Assembly (NCBI GenBank): GCA_035556075.1
Contig: DATMFQ010000041.1
Location: forward strand, 11,429-75,428
Direction: 5' to 3'
From: Microbacteriaceae bacterium
GTDB taxonomy: Bacteria > Actinomycetota > Actinomycetes > Actinomycetales > Microbacteriaceae
Length of the DNA stretch: 64,000 nucleotides
The stretch's first letter is position 1. Each line of letters begins with the position of its first letter. Shown here in pieces: positions 17,631 to 28,146 of the stretch. A program made the translations under genes and the position numbers. The notes under the pieces are model-generated. The model saw nothing but the letters and a program-made list of their open reading frames with translations. It was not told the DNA's origin and did not search any database.

Positions 17631-19376
17631 GTGCCCGTGACCCGACCCGATACCAGCCGCACGGCCCGCCGCGCGGGGGCTCGGGCCATCAGTGTCCTCG
17701 TCATCGTCGCGATCGTCGTCATCGCATTCGTCGTGCGGCTCGTCGATATCCAGGTCGTCTCGGCCGCGACGTACACGGACGAGGCGAAGGACCGGCGGGC
17801 GCTCGAGGCGACCGTCTACGGCACCCGGGGAGACATCCTCGACACGAATGGGCAGGTGCTCGCCGACAGCGTCGAGCGCTACGACATCACCGTGTCACCT
17901 CGCGTCGCGCTCGGCTACACCGACATGAACGGTCCCGTCGAGCCGTACCTGGCGGGCATCGCCTCCGTGACGGGACAGAGCGTCGCCGAGCTCGATGCGA
18001 CCCTCCGGGCCGACCCCGACTCCGACTATGCCGTGCTGTCGAAGGGACTCACGCTCGACGAGTACCTTGCCGTGCACGAGCTCGGCATTCCCTGGGTCAT
18101 TGGCGTCCGCGTCCCCGGGCGGACCTACCCGAACGGGGCGATCGCGGGCAACATCGTCGGCTTCCTTGGCACCGACGAGCCGCTCGCCGGCATCGAGCAG
18201 ATGATGGATCAATGCCTCGCCGGACAGGACGGGCTCGTCAGCTATGAGCGCGGTGCGGACGGTGTCCGACTGCCGGACACCGAGGTCGTCGAGGTCGACG
18301 CGGTCGACGGCGCTGACGTCACGCTGACGATCGACCGCGACCTGCAGTGGACGGTCATGGAGCGCCTCGCCGCCGGGGTGAGCATGACCGGGGCCGAATG
18401 GGGGCAGGCGATCGTCGTGCGCATCGCCGACGGCGCCATCATGTCGCTCGCGGACTGGCCCACCTTCGACCCGAACGAGTTCCAGACCGCGACGGTCACC
18501 GGGTCCCGCGCCTTCACGACCCCGTATGAGCCGGGCTCGATCATGAAGCCGATCACCTTCGCGCTGCTGCTGGACCAGCGGGCGATGGCCCCTGAAACCC
18601 CGGTCGATGCCACCTGGATCCAGGACTACGGCGAGGGTGGCACGCTGTACGACTTCGGCTGGCACCCCGCCGATCTGACCGCGGCCGGCGTGCTCGCGAT
18701 CTCCTCGAATACCGGCACGGCAAACCTCGCCCAGCTCATCCCGGACGAGCTGCGTCGGCAGTACATGCTCAACTTCGGTCTCGGCGATGTCACCGACGTG
18801 CATTTCCCCGGCGAATCCGCGGGCATTCTCGGTGAGTACTGGGACGAACGCACGCGGCTCAACGTCTCCTTCGGTGCGGGCATCGCCACGACGATCATGC
18901 AGATCGCCGGCGCCTATGTCGGGATCGGCAATGACGGGCTGCGCCTGCCCCTCAAACTGGTCGAGAACTGCACCTACCCCGACGGCACCGTCGTCGAGCC
19001 CGAGCGTGCCGAGCCGATCCAGGTCATCGACCAGTACGCGGCGCACACGACGATCGATCTCATGGAAGGGGTCCAGGCCTACTACCTCGGCACCGGCACC
19101 GATGTGGACCTGCCCGGGTACCGACTCGCCGTGAAGTCCGGCACCGCGACCGTCGCTGAGGGCGGCGTGTACGGCGACAAGTCGACCGTCTCCTACGTCG
19201 GCCTCGCCCCGGCCGAGGACCCGGAATACATCGTCGTCACCTCGCTCGGCCTGCCCTACGGCGGCACCTCCGATCTGGCTGCCCCAGTGATGCGCGACAT
19301 CATGTCGCATACACTCACGCGGTACCGTGTGCCCCCGTCGACCGGTGAGCGCACCCACTACTCCCTCTACTGGTAG
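17631..19376 (+). CDS. ftsI: Penicillin-binding protein FtsI/PbpB (class B transpeptidase)
   Basis: N-terminal TM segment and the transpeptidase motifs SIMK (SxxK), SSN and KSGT. Confidence 0.92.
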   Translation: MPVTRPDTSRTARRAGARAISVLVIVAIVVIAFVVRLVDIQVVSAATYTDEAKDRRALEATVYGTRGDILDTNGQVLADSVERYDITVSPRVALGYTDMNGPVEPYLAGIASVTGQSVAELDATLRADPDSDYAVLSKGLTLDEYLAVHELGIPWVIGVRVPGRTYPNGAIAGNIVGFLGTDEPLAGIEQMMDQCLAGQDGLVSYERGADGVRLPDTEVVEVDAVDGADVTLTIDRDLQWTVMERLAAGVSMTGAEWGQAIVVRIADGAIMSLADWPTFDPNEFQTATVTGSRAFTTPYEPGSIMKPITFALLLDQRAMAPETPVDATWIQDYGEGGTLYDFGWHPADLTAAGVLAISSNTGTANLAQLIPDELRRQYMLNFGLGDVTDVHFPGESAGILGEYWDERTRLNVSFGAGIATTIMQIAGAYVGIGNDGLRLPLKLVENCTYPDGTVVEPERAEPIQVIDQYAAHTTIDLMEGVQAYYLGTGTDVDLPGYRLAVKSGTATVAEGGVYGDKSTVSYVGLAPAEDPEYIVVTSLGLPYGGTSDLAAPVMRDIMSHTLTRYRVPPSTGERTHYSLYW

Positions 19377-19383
19377 GCCAGGC

Positions 19384-20787
19384 ATGATTCGATTGCGCAC
19401 CGCGGAGATCGCCGCGATCGTCGGCGGCACGCTGCATGGCGATGGCGCTCGCCTCGTGACGGGGGAGGTGCAGACGGACTCACGGCGGGTGGGCGACGGC
19501 GACGTCTTCATCGCCATGCCGGGCGAGGTCACCGATGGGCACCGTTTCGCCGCCGCCGCCGTGACGGCCGGGGCGAGCCTCGTCATCGCCGAGCAACCGC
19601 TCGAGCTGGACGTCCCGGTCATCGTCGTCCCGCGTGGCCTCGACGCGCTCTGGTCGCTCGCCCGCGAGGTCGTCGCCCGCGTGCGCGCCGCCGGCGGGCT
19701 GCGCATCGTCTCGGTGACCGGGTCAAACGGCAAGACGACCACGAAGAATCTGCTCCGCGCCGCGCTGTCGGCCGCGGGTGCGACCGTCGCCCCCGTCGGC
19801 TCCTTCAACAACCACGTCGGCACCCCCATGACGATGCTGCGTGTGACGTCCGACACCCGGTACCTCGTCCTCGAGCTCGGTGCCGACGCCGAGGGGGAGA
19901 TCGCGGCCATGACGACGCTCGCGGTGCCCGACGTCGCGATCGTGCTCAAGGTCGGGACCGCGCACATCGGCGAATTCGGGGGGCAGGCCGCCATCGCGCG
20001 GGCAAAATCCGAGCTCGTCCAACCACTGCCGACCGACGCCGTCGCGGTGCTCAACCGGGATGACCCGCTCGTCGCCGCGATGGCGGCGCAGACCCAGGCC
20101 CGCATCGTCTGGTTCGCGCCGGACGGCATTGGCGCGGACCCGGCGACCTGGTCGGCGGGCCCACGCAGCATCGATCTTGCGGGCACCGCATTCACCCTGC
20201 GTCATGACGGTCAGGAGCGGCAGGTGCGCGTCCCCATCATCGGCGAGCACCACGTCGCGAACGCGCTCGCCGCGCTCGCCGCCACCGTCGAGCTCGGCGT
20301 CGACCTTGACACGGCCATCGCGGCCATCGCCGAGCTGCCGGAGGTCGAGCGCTGGCGGATGGAGGTGCTGCCCGCCCCGGGGGGCTGGACCGTCATCAAC
20401 GACGCGTACAACGCGAGTCCCGAGTCGATGGCCGCAGCGCTGCGCACCCTCGCCGAGCTCACCCGAGGGCGCTCCCGCGCGATCGCGGTGCTCGGGGAGA
20501 TGGCGGAGCTCGGGGACTGGGGCCTCGAGGCCCACGACCAGATCGGTCGCCAGGTCGTGCGGCTCAATGTCGATCGGCTGCTCGTCGTCGGAGTGCGGGC
20601 GCGGGCGATGCACCTCGCCGCGGTGCAGGAAGGCTCCTGGGGCGGAGAGTCGATCCACGTCGACACGCCCGACGAGGCCTACGATGTGCTCCGTGGACTG
20701 CTCGAGCCTGGTGACGTCGTGCTCGTGAAGTCGTCGAACTCGGCCGGGCTCCGGCTCCTCGGCGACCGGCTGGCGGACCGGCCGTGA
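19384..20787 (+). CDS. murF: UDP-N-acetylmuramoyl-tripeptide--D-alanyl-D-alanine ligase
   Basis: Start trimmed to ATG giving MIRLRTAEIAAIVGG. MurF hallmarks VTGSNGKTTTKNL and GSFNNHVGTPMTML are present. Confidence 0.92.
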   Translation: MIRLRTAEIAAIVGGTLHGDGARLVTGEVQTDSRRVGDGDVFIAMPGEVTDGHRFAAAAVTAGASLVIAEQPLELDVPVIVVPRGLDALWSLAREVVARVRAAGGLRIVSVTGSNGKTTTKNLLRAALSAAGATVAPVGSFNNHVGTPMTMLRVTSDTRYLVLELGADAEGEIAAMTTLAVPDVAIVLKVGTAHIGEFGGQAAIARAKSELVQPLPTDAVAVLNRDDPLVAAMAAQTQARIVWFAPDGIGADPATWSAGPRSIDLAGTAFTLRHDGQERQVRVPIIGEHHVANALAALAATVELGVDLDTAIAAIAELPEVERWRMEVLPAPGGWTVINDAYNASPESMAAALRTLAELTRGRSRAIAVLGEMAELGDWGLEAHDQIGRQVVRLNVDRLLVVGVRARAMHLAAVQEGSWGGESIHVDTPDEAYDVLRGLLEPGDVVLVKSSNSAGLRLLGDRLADRP

Positions 20788-21884
20788 TCGCCCTCCTCTT
20801 TGCTGCCGCGATCGCGTTCCTGTTCACGATCATCTGCACACCACTGTTCGCCAAGCTCTTCCGTCGGATCGGCTGGGGGCAGTACATCAACGCGGACGGC
20901 CCACACACCCACGCGGTCAAGCGCGGCACCCCGACGATGGGCGGGCTCGTCTTCATCGTGGGTGCAGGGATCGGCTATCTCCTCGCGCACCTCATCGCCG
21001 GGGATCACGCGACGATCTCGGGGCTCCTGGTCTTCTATCTCATGGTGGGGCTGGGCATCGTCGGGTTCATCGATGACTTCATCAAGACGCATCGGCGGCG
21101 CAGCCTCGGGCTGAGTCCGCTCGGGAAGGTCATCGGCCAGGTCGTCGTGGCGGGCGGCTTCGCGGCGCTCGCCCTCAACTTCCGGGATGAGAACGGCCTG
21201 ACCCCGGCCTCAACGATGATCTCCGGGCTGCGGGACATCGCCTGGCTCGATCTCGCCACCTTCGGGATCGTCATCGGTGCGTTGCTGTTCACCGCGTGGG
21301 TCACGCTCATCATCGTTGGCACGTCCAACGGGGTGAACCTCACCGATGGACTTGACGGGCTCGCGACGGGCTCCTCCATTTTCGCCTTCATCGCCTACAT
21401 CGTCATCTGCTTCTGGCAGCTGCAGCAGTGGTGCTACGGCGCGAGCGACCGCATCGTCCTCGAGGCGTGCTACGAGGTGCGCGACCCGCTCGACCTTGCG
21501 GTCGCGGCCTCGGCGATCGTCGGTGCGCTCATCGGCTTCCTCTGGTACAACACCTCGCCCGCCCAGATCTTCATGGGCGACACCGGCTCGCTCGCCCTCG
21601 GCGGCGGGCTCGCCGCCCTCGCGGTGCTGAGCCGCACCGAGCTCCTGCTCGTCCTCATCGGCGGCCTCTTCGTCATCGAGGCCGGCTCGGTCATCATGCA
21701 GCGCACCTACTTCAAGCTCACCCGCGGCAAACGCATCCTCAAGGCCAGTCCGTTGCATCACCATTTCGAGATGCTCGGCTGGGGCGAGGTGACCGTGGTC
21801 GTGCGCTTCTGGATCATCACGGCCCTGTTCGTCGGCGGCGCCGTCGGGCTCTTCTACCTCGAGTGGGCGACGAGGGCACTGTGA
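20784..21884 (+). CDS. mraY: Phospho-N-acetylmuramoyl-pentapeptide transferase
   Basis: Polytopic membrane protein with VNLTDGLDGLATG and HHHFE motifs. GTGA overlap with murF. Confidence 0.95.
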   Translation: MIALLFAAAIAFLFTIICTPLFAKLFRRIGWGQYINADGPHTHAVKRGTPTMGGLVFIVGAGIGYLLAHLIAGDHATISGLLVFYLMVGLGIVGFIDDFIKTHRRRSLGLSPLGKVIGQVVVAGGFAALALNFRDENGLTPASTMISGLRDIAWLDLATFGIVIGALLFTAWVTLIIVGTSNGVNLTDGLDGLATGSSIFAFIAYIVICFWQLQQWCYGASDRIVLEACYEVRDPLDLAVAASAIVGALIGFLWYNTSPAQIFMGDTGSLALGGGLAALAVLSRTELLLVLIGGLFVIEAGSVIMQRTYFKLTRGKRILKASPLHHHFEMLGWGEVTVVVRFWIITALFVGGAVGLFYLEWATRAL

Positions 21885-23398
21885 GCCGACTCGACGCGCT
21901 GACGTCTTGGTCGAGTGACTGGTCTGGGCTCCGGGTCGCGGTGCTCGGCCTCGGCGCGACAGGGTTCGCAGTGGCCGACACGCTCGCCGAGCTGGGTGCG
22001 CGCCTCCTCGTCGTCACCGAGCAGCCGGATGAGACCCGGGCTGCGATTCTCGAGGTGCTGGCGGTGCCGGTCGTGGTCGCGCCACGTGACGAGGTGCCGG
22101 CCGCGCTGACGGATCTCGACCCGGAACTCGTGGTTGTCTCGCCCGGCTACCGCCCGGATCACCCGCTGCTGGCCTGGGCCGCGGCGCGCGGGATACCGGC
22201 GTGGGGCGATATCGAGCTGGCCTGGCGGCTGCGCGACAAGGTCCGCGCCGCGGACTGGATCACCGTGACGGGGACGAATGGCAAGACGACGACGACGCGA
22301 CTGACCGCGCAGCTGCTTCGCGAGGCAGGAATGCGGGTGGCCGACGTCGGCAACATCGGCATCCCGGTCCTCGACGCGATCCGCGACCCCGAGGGCTTCG
22401 ACGTGCTCGTCGTCGAGCTGTCGAGCTTCCAGCTGCACCGGCTGCCGATCACCGGCCCGGGCGCCCCCCACCCGCTCGCCAGTGTCTGCCTCAATCTCGC
22501 GGACGACCACGTCGACTGGCACGGGAGTCGCGAGGCGTACGCCGCGGCGAAGGGCAGGGTCTACGCGAACACCCGTGTCGCCTGTGTCTACAACAGGGCG
22601 GATGCCCGGACCATGCGCATGGTCGAGGACGCCGAGGTCGAGGAGGGCTGCCGAGCGATCGGCTTCGGCCTCGGGGTGCCGGGGCCCAGCGATGTCGGCA
22701 TCGTCGACGGCATCCTCGTCGACCGCGCATTCCTCGATGCTCGCCGCGACCGGGCGCTCGAGCTCACCACGGTCGCCGAGCTCGAGGCACGGGGTCTGGG
22801 GAGTCCGCATCTGACGGCGAACGTACTCGCGGCCGCGGCGCTCGCCCGAGCCGCGGGGGCGAGCCCGGCCGAGGTCCACGACGGGATTGCGAGCTTCACC
22901 CTCGATCCGCATCGCACCCAGCTCATCGCGACCGTCGACGACATCGCCTGGGTCGACGACTCCAAGGCGACGAACCCCCACGCCGCCGACGCGGCGTTGC
23001 GGGCCTTTCGATCCGTCGTGTGGATCGTCGGCGGGCTCACGAAGGGGGTGGACCTCGGCGAACTCATCGGCCAGCATGCCGCGCGGCTGCGTGCCGTGGT
23101 CGTCGTCGGCGCCGAGCGCACGGACGTGCTCGGCGCGCTTGCGCGACACGCGCCAGGGGTCAGGGTCCTCGAGATCATCGCGGGGGAGGATGTCGATGTG
23201 ATGCCGGAGGCCGTCCGGCTGGCGTCCAGTGTCGCCGAGTCCGGTGACACGGTGCTCCTGTCGCCGGCCGCCGCGTCGATGGACCAGTTCCTCGACTATG
23301 CGGATCGCGGTCGGCGTTTTGCCCAGGCCGTCACGGATGCACTTGGAGCGGGAGGCGAGCATGGTGGGCAGCCCGCGCGACCGCACGAGTCAGCCTGA
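21881..23398 (+). CDS. murD: UDP-N-acetylmuramoylalanine--D-glutamate ligase
   Basis: Start trimmed from ORF 21428.. to the GTG overlapping the mraY stop (GTGA), giving VSRLDALTSW...VAVLGLGATGFAVA. Contains the Mur ligase motif VTGTNGKTTTTRL. Confidence 0.92.
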   Translation: MSRLDALTSWSSDWSGLRVAVLGLGATGFAVADTLAELGARLLVVTEQPDETRAAILEVLAVPVVVAPRDEVPAALTDLDPELVVVSPGYRPDHPLLAWAAARGIPAWGDIELAWRLRDKVRAADWITVTGTNGKTTTTRLTAQLLREAGMRVADVGNIGIPVLDAIRDPEGFDVLVVELSSFQLHRLPITGPGAPHPLASVCLNLADDHVDWHGSREAYAAAKGRVYANTRVACVYNRADARTMRMVEDAEVEEGCRAIGFGLGVPGPSDVGIVDGILVDRAFLDARRDRALELTTVAELEARGLGSPHLTANVLAAAALARAAGASPAEVHDGIASFTLDPHRTQLIATVDDIAWVDDSKATNPHAADAALRAFRSVVWIVGGLTKGVDLGELIGQHAARLRAVVVVGAERTDVLGALARHAPGVRVLEIIAGEDVDVMPEAVRLASSVAESGDTVLLSPAAASMDQFLDYADRGRRFAQAVTDALGAGGEHGGQPARPHESA

Positions 23399-24623
23399 GC
23401 AGGCGTCCCCGCGCCGCGGCTTCGCCGCGATCGTGCCGCTCGGCCGATTCTTCGCCGTCGGGCATCGCGATGCGCTCATGCTGTTTGGCACGACCGTGCT
23501 CCTCGTCGGGGTCGGGCTCATCATGGTGCTGTCGGCGTCCGCGGTCGAGGAGCAGGCGGCGTCAGGCGATCCCTTCAACCGGGTGATGCGCCAAGCGGTG
23601 TTTGCCGCGCTCGGTCTCCCGATGATGCTCATCGCCAGCCGAGCCCCCATCACGTTCTGGAAGCGATGGGCGTGGCCGGCGATCCTCGTCGGCATCGGTC
23701 TCCAGTTGCTCGTCTTCGTCCCCGGCATCGGCTTCGGCTACGGCGGCAACCAGAACTGGATCCAGATCGGCGACTTCACCCTGCAGCCGTCGGAGTTCGT
23801 CAAGCTCGCGCTCATCGTCTGGATCGCCTCGATCCTCGCACCGCGCATTGGCGAGCTCGGAGACCTGCGACGACTCATGATGCCAGTCGTGCCGATCGCG
23901 GGCGCCGCGATCGGCCTCGTGCTGCTCGGCAAGGACCTCGGCACCGTGCTCATCATGGTGCTCATCGTGTTCGCCTGCGCGTTCTTCGCAGGCGCCAGGC
24001 TCTGGCACCTGCTCGTCGGCGGCCTCCTCATGACGATCGTCGCGATCCTCGTCGCGATGACGAGCTCGTCCCGCGTGAGCCGCATCACGTCGTTTCTCCA
24101 GGGCTGCGACTCGAGCGACTACGCGGGCACCTGCTGGCAGGTGTATCAGGGGATGTTCGCCCTCGCCAACGGTGGCATTTTCGGCGTCGGCCTCGGCAAC
24201 TCGCACGCCAAGTGGAACTGGCTCCCGGAGGCCGACTCCGACTACATCTTTGCGATCATCGGCGAGGAACTCGGGCTCATCGGGTGCGCGGTCGTGCTCG
24301 GGATCTTCGTCATCCTCGCGATCACCCTCGCTCGGATCCTCCGGCGGGCCGAGGATCCCTTCGCGCGGATCGTCACGGGCGGCGTGCTCGTGTGGGTCGT
24401 CGGCCAGGCCTTCGTCAACATCGCGGTCGTGCTCGGCCTCCTCCCGGTGCTCGGCGTCCCACTGCCGCTCATCTCGGCCGGCGGCTCCTCGCTGCTCGCG
24501 GTGCTCATCGCGCTCGGCGTCGTCATGTCATTCACCCGATCGCGGCCGAGCGCGGCACAGGTCGCCGCCAGGTCCCGGGCGACCACCGCGCACCAGAGCG
24601 TCCGGGGGACGCGCGGCCGATGA
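23361..24623 (+). CDS. ftsW: Peptidoglycan glycosyltransferase FtsW (SEDS family)
   Basis: Polytopic membrane protein with PEADSDYIFAIIGEELGLIG and LPLISAGGSS. The start is uncertain (ATG 23361 or 23337) and overlaps the murD 3' end. Confidence 0.9.
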   Translation: MVGSPRDRTSQPEQASPRRGFAAIVPLGRFFAVGHRDALMLFGTTVLLVGVGLIMVLSASAVEEQAASGDPFNRVMRQAVFAALGLPMMLIASRAPITFWKRWAWPAILVGIGLQLLVFVPGIGFGYGGNQNWIQIGDFTLQPSEFVKLALIVWIASILAPRIGELGDLRRLMMPVVPIAGAAIGLVLLGKDLGTVLIMVLIVFACAFFAGARLWHLLVGGLLMTIVAILVAMTSSSRVSRITSFLQGCDSSDYAGTCWQVYQGMFALANGGIFGVGLGNSHAKWNWLPEADSDYIFAIIGEELGLIGCAVVLGIFVILAITLARILRRAEDPFARIVTGGVLVWVVGQAFVNIAVVLGLLPVLGVPLPLISAGGSSLLAVLIALGVVMSFTRSRPSAAQVAARSRATTAHQSVRGTRGR

Positions 24624-25738
24624 CCGTCCACCTCCTGGCCGGCGGCGGCACGGCAGGGCACGTCAACCCGCTCCTGGCGGTGGCCGACCGGCTCCGGGAG
24701 CGCGATGCCACCACGGAGATCCTCATCCTCGGCACCGCCGAGGGGCTCGAGTCCCGGCTCGTGCCACAGCGCGGCTACGAGCTCGTCACGATCCCGAGAC
24801 TGCCCATGCCGCGCCGTCCGAGCGCCGCGGCGCTGCGCTTCCCGGACCGACTGTGGCGCACCGTGCGGGAGGTCGAGCGCCTCATCGATGCCCGCCGCGT
24901 CGAGGCAGTATTCGGCGTCGGCGGCTACGCGGCGGCCCCCGCATACGTCGCGGCGCGCCGCCGCCGGCTGCCGCTCGCGATCCACGAGGCGAATTCGATC
25001 CCCGGTTGGGCGAATCGGCTCGGAGCCCGCTGGACCCCCTACGTCGGCATCGCGTTTCGGGGGACACCGCTCAAGGGTCGCGGCGGCGTGCCCGCGACGC
25101 ATGTCGGGCTGCCGCTGCGACCGGAGCTCGAACGCCTCACCGCGCCCGGCGCGCGCGCGGCGATGCGGCGGGAGGCGGCCGCCGCATTCGGCCTCGATCC
25201 TGACCGTCCGGTCCTCCTCGTGACGGGCGGCTCCTCGGGGGCCCGCCGCATCAACGAGCAGGTCGTGGCGGCCCTCGATGCGGTGCTGGCGACCGGCTGG
25301 CAGGTGCTGCACGCCTCCGGCGGCTTCCGGGCGGCGATCGGGATCGAGCGTGACGGCTATCGCGCGCTCGAGTACCTGGATCGGATGGATCTCGCGCTCG
25401 CGCTCGCCGATCTCGCGCTCGGCCGTGCCGGCACCGGGACGGTGCTCGAGCTCAGCGCGCTCGGGATCCCCGCGGTCTTCGTGCCGTACCCACATGGCAA
25501 CGGCGAGCAGCGGCGCAATGCCAGTGAGGCGGTCGCGGCGGGTGGGGCGCTCCTCGTCGCGGACGAGGCCTTCACCGCCGGCTGGCTCCGTGCGGAGCTC
25601 GCGCCGCTCCTCGCCGACCCCGCGCGGCGTGCCGTGATGGCCTCGGCGATCGCCTCGGTCGGGGTCCCGGACGGCACCGCTCGGACCGTCGGGCTCCTCG
25701 ACGCGGCGCTCAGCCAGCGGCGCGCGCGGGGTGCGTAG
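24620..25738 (+). CDS. murG: UDP-N-acetylglucosamine--N-acetylmuramyl-(pentapeptide) pyrophosphoryl-undecaprenol GlcNAc transferase
   Basis: ATGA overlap with ftsW. N-terminus MTVHLLAGGGTAGHVNPLLAVA. Trimmed from ORF 23666... Confidence 0.93.
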   Translation: MTVHLLAGGGTAGHVNPLLAVADRLRERDATTEILILGTAEGLESRLVPQRGYELVTIPRLPMPRRPSAAALRFPDRLWRTVREVERLIDARRVEAVFGVGGYAAAPAYVAARRRRLPLAIHEANSIPGWANRLGARWTPYVGIAFRGTPLKGRGGVPATHVGLPLRPELERLTAPGARAAMRREAAAAFGLDPDRPVLLVTGGSSGARRINEQVVAALDAVLATGWQVLHASGGFRAAIGIERDGYRALEYLDRMDLALALADLALGRAGTGTVLELSALGIPAVFVPYPHGNGEQRRNASEAVAAGGALLVADEAFTAGWLRAELAPLLADPARRAVMASAIASVGVPDGTARTVGLLDAALSQRRARGA

Positions 25739-25750
25739 CATCGAGGCGCG

Positions 25751-27178
25751 ATGATCAAGCCCGACCTGTCCATGCCGCTGCCCGAGTCGATCGGCGAGAG
25801 CGACTCCGCCACTGTGCACTTCGTGGGCGTCGGCGGCTCCGGGATGAGCGGCATCGCCCAGCTCTTCCTCGCCGCAGGACATCGCGTGACCGGGTCGGAT
25901 CGCTCGGCGAATGCGGCGACCGAGGCGCTGCGCCAAGCGGGCGCGCTCGTCCACATCGGGCACGCTGCCGAGCACCTGGGCGACGCCGAGGTGCTCGTGT
26001 ACACGGGCGCGCTCTGGCCGGATAACCCGGAGTACCTCGCCGCCGTCGCCCGTGGCATCCCCGTGCTGCATCGCTCCCAGGCGCTCGCCTGGCTCGTGCG
26101 CGGTCGCCGGCTCGTGGCGGTCGCTGGTGCGCATGGCAAGACGACGAGCACCAGCATGATCATCACGGCGCTGCTCGACGCCGGCCGCAGCCCCAGCTTC
26201 GTCAATGGCGGCGTCATCAGCGGGCTCGGCACGAGCGCCGCGTTCGGCGACGACGACCTGTGGGTGATCGAGGCAGACGAATCGGACGGCAGCTTCCTGC
26301 TCTACGACCCGACGGTGTCGCTCATCACGAACATCGACGCCGACCACCTCGACCACTACGGGACGCACGAGGCCTTTGACGAGGCGTTCGTCGCCTTCAT
26401 CGCCCGCACGAGCGGCGAGGTCGTCATCTCCGGCGATGATGCGGGGGCGCAGCGGGTCACGGCCCGCGCGGTGGGCGCGCGCGCCCGCGTGCGGCGCTTC
26501 GGCGAGGTGACGCCGACGGACGTGCAGCTGCACTCCGTGAGGGCGACGGGCCCGGTCGGCTTCGCACTGCGTGTCGACGGGGTCGACTATCCCGTGCAAC
26601 TGCAAGTACCCGGGCACCATAACGCGACGAATGCGGCGGGCGCCTTCGCGGTGCTGCTCGCGCTCGGTCTCAGTCCCGAGGACGCGGTCCGGGGACTCGA
26701 GGCGTTCCGGGGGACCGAGCGCCGCTTCCAGCTGCACGACACGGTCCGCGGCGTCCAGGTCATCGACGACTACGCGCACCACCCGACCGAGGTCGCGGCG
26801 GCGCTCGAGCAGGCGCGCTCGGTGCTGCCCGAGGGTGCGCGTCTCATCGCGGTGCACCAGCCGCATCTCTTCTCACGGACGCAGCAGCTGGCTGGTGAGT
26901 TCGCAGCCGTGTACGAGCGGCTCGCCGACTACACCGTGGTGCTCGATGTGTTCGGCGCGCGGGAGGACCCGATCCCGGGGGTCACCGGCGCGCTCGTCGC
27001 CGATCGCTTCGTGGATCCGTCGCGTCGCGCATTCCTCCCGGACTGGCAGGCGGCCGCCGACCGCGTCGGGGAGCTCGCGCGGGACGGGGACATCGTCATG
27101 ACCCTGTCGTGCGGGGATGTGTACCGGATCATCCCGCAGCTCATCGGTGCGCTGCGGGGGACCGAGGCGGGCGGATGA
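25751..27178 (+). CDS. murC: UDP-N-acetylmuramate--L-alanine (or Gly/Ser) ligase
   Basis: [18 protein letters not shown] and [14 protein letters not shown] motifs. The amino-acid specificity cannot be read from the sequence alone. Confidence 0.93.
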   Translation: MIKPDLSMPLPESIGESDSATVHFVGVGGSGMSGIAQLFLAAGHRVTGSDRSANAATEALRQAGALVHIGHAAEHLGDAEVLVYTGALWPDNPEYLAAVARGIPVLHRSQALAWLVRGRRLVAVAGAHGKTTSTSMIITALLDAGRSPSFVNGGVISGLGTSAAFGDDDLWVIEADESDGSFLLYDPTVSLITNIDADHLDHYGTHEAFDEAFVAFIARTSGEVVISGDDAGAQRVTARAVGARARVRRFGEVTPTDVQLHSVRATGPVGFALRVDGVDYPVQLQVPGHHNATNAAGAFAVLLALGLSPEDAVRGLEAFRGTERRFQLHDTVRGVQVIDDYAHHPTEVAAALEQARSVLPEGARLIAVHQPHLFSRTQQLAGEFAAVYERLADYTVVLDVFGAREDPIPGVTGALVADRFVDPSRRAFLPDWQAAADRVGELARDGDIVMTLSCGDVYRIIPQLIGALRGTEAGG

Positions 27179-28146
27179 AGCGGCCGAGTGGCTTCGACCG
27201 AGATCGGGAGGAGGCCGCGTCCGCGGCCGCGGCAAAGCCGGCGAAACCGGCCAAGTCGGCGCCACGCGCTTCCTCGGCTGTCGCGAAGCCGTCCCGCGCC
27301 GCGAAGCCGACCCCTCGCGCCAAGCCGGCGGACCCGGTGAAGGTCGCGAAGCGGCGACTGGCCGCCGAGCGTCGTGAGGCCCAGCGCGAGCTCGCCCGGG
27401 CGAGGGCGGAGCGCCGCCGGTACGAACGCCAGGAGGTCAAGCGGTTCACGGTGCGCCAGCGTGCTCGCCGCGTGGCGTGGTGGACGACGGCGGGTGTCGT
27501 CGGGGCGATCGTCGTGCTCGTCCTCGTCGCGGTCTTCTCGCCGATCCTCGCGCTTCGGCAGGTCGTCGTCGAGGGCACCGCGCGCGTGGACGGGGCCGCG
27601 GTGACGGCGGTCCTCGAGGAGCAGCTCGGGACGCCGCTCGCGCTCGTCGACACCGCGCGAATCGATGCCGCCCTCACCGAGTTCCCGATCATCGAGAGCT
27701 ATTCGACGGAGACGATCCCGCCAGACACGCTCCTCGTGCGGATCGTCGAGCGGCAGCCGGTCGTCACGGTGGAGGCCGCGAATGGGCAGTTCCGTCATGT
27801 GGATGCAGCCGGGGTGACGGTCGAGGAGCTCGCGGAGCGCATCCCTGGGGTCCCGCTCGTCACCGAGAGCGGGGAGACGCTGCCGAATCCCGCGTTCAAT
27901 GTCGCGGTTGAGGTGCTGCGCGCGATGCCGGCCGAGATGCGGGAGCAGGTCGATCGGATCACGGCGATCACGCGGGATCACGTGACGCTCTGGCTCGTCG
28001 GTTCGACGCAGTCGGTGGAGTGGGGTAGCGCCGACGATTCGGTGCGCAAGGCCGAGGTGCTCGCGCAGCTGCAGGCGATCTATGGCACCACGCCGGGCGT
28101 GTTCGACGTGTCGGGCTCGTCGACGGGGATCTTCCGGCAGCTGTGA
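27175..28146 (+). CDS. ftsQ: Cell division protein FtsQ with a Lys/Ala/Pro-rich cytoplasmic tail
   Basis: ATGA overlap with murC. About 100 aa of basic tail are followed by a TM segment ([20 protein letters not shown]) and POTRA/FtsQ-type periplasmic region. It sits in the canonical slot before ftsZ. Confidence 0.85.
   Translation: MKRPSGFDRDREEAASAAAAKPAKPAKSAPRASSAVAKPSRAAKPTPRAKPADPVKVAKRRLAAERREAQRELARARAERRRYERQEVKRFTVRQRARRVAWWTTAGVVGAIVVLVLVAVFSPILALRQVVVEGTARVDGAAVTAVLEEQLGTPLALVDTARIDAALTEFPIIESYSTETIPPDTLLVRIVERQPVVTVEAANGQFRHVDAAGVTVEELAERIPGVPLVTESGETLPNPAFNVAVEVLRAMPAEMREQVDRITAITRDHVTLWLVGSTQSVEWGSADDSVRKAEVLAQLQAIYGTTPGVFDVSGSSTGIFRQL

Noticed and set aside
21428-23398. Longest-ORF 5' extensions for murD (21428), murG (23666), the second ABC permease (41899), glnE (58990), nadE (to 58480), fadD (to 8089), ftsZ (28082), yggS (29067) and def1 (5309).
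   Set aside because: The extensions overlap the preceding genes out of frame, are Arg/Pro-rich and lack conservation. Trimmed starts coincide with canonical N-termini and ATGA/GTGA/TGATG junctions.
24242-26866. Very long antisense ORFs opposite well-supported genes: 24242..26866 (-), 17895..20195 (-), 34286..36958 (-), 10186..12186 (+), 55793..57778 (+), 53151..54863 (+), 43671..45443 (-), 8585..10003 (-).
   Set aside because: Each mirrors a gene with unambiguous conserved motifs on the other strand. Their translations are Arg/Gly/Asp/Pro-rich with no recognisable motifs. Stop-poor antisense frames are expected at about 70% GC.
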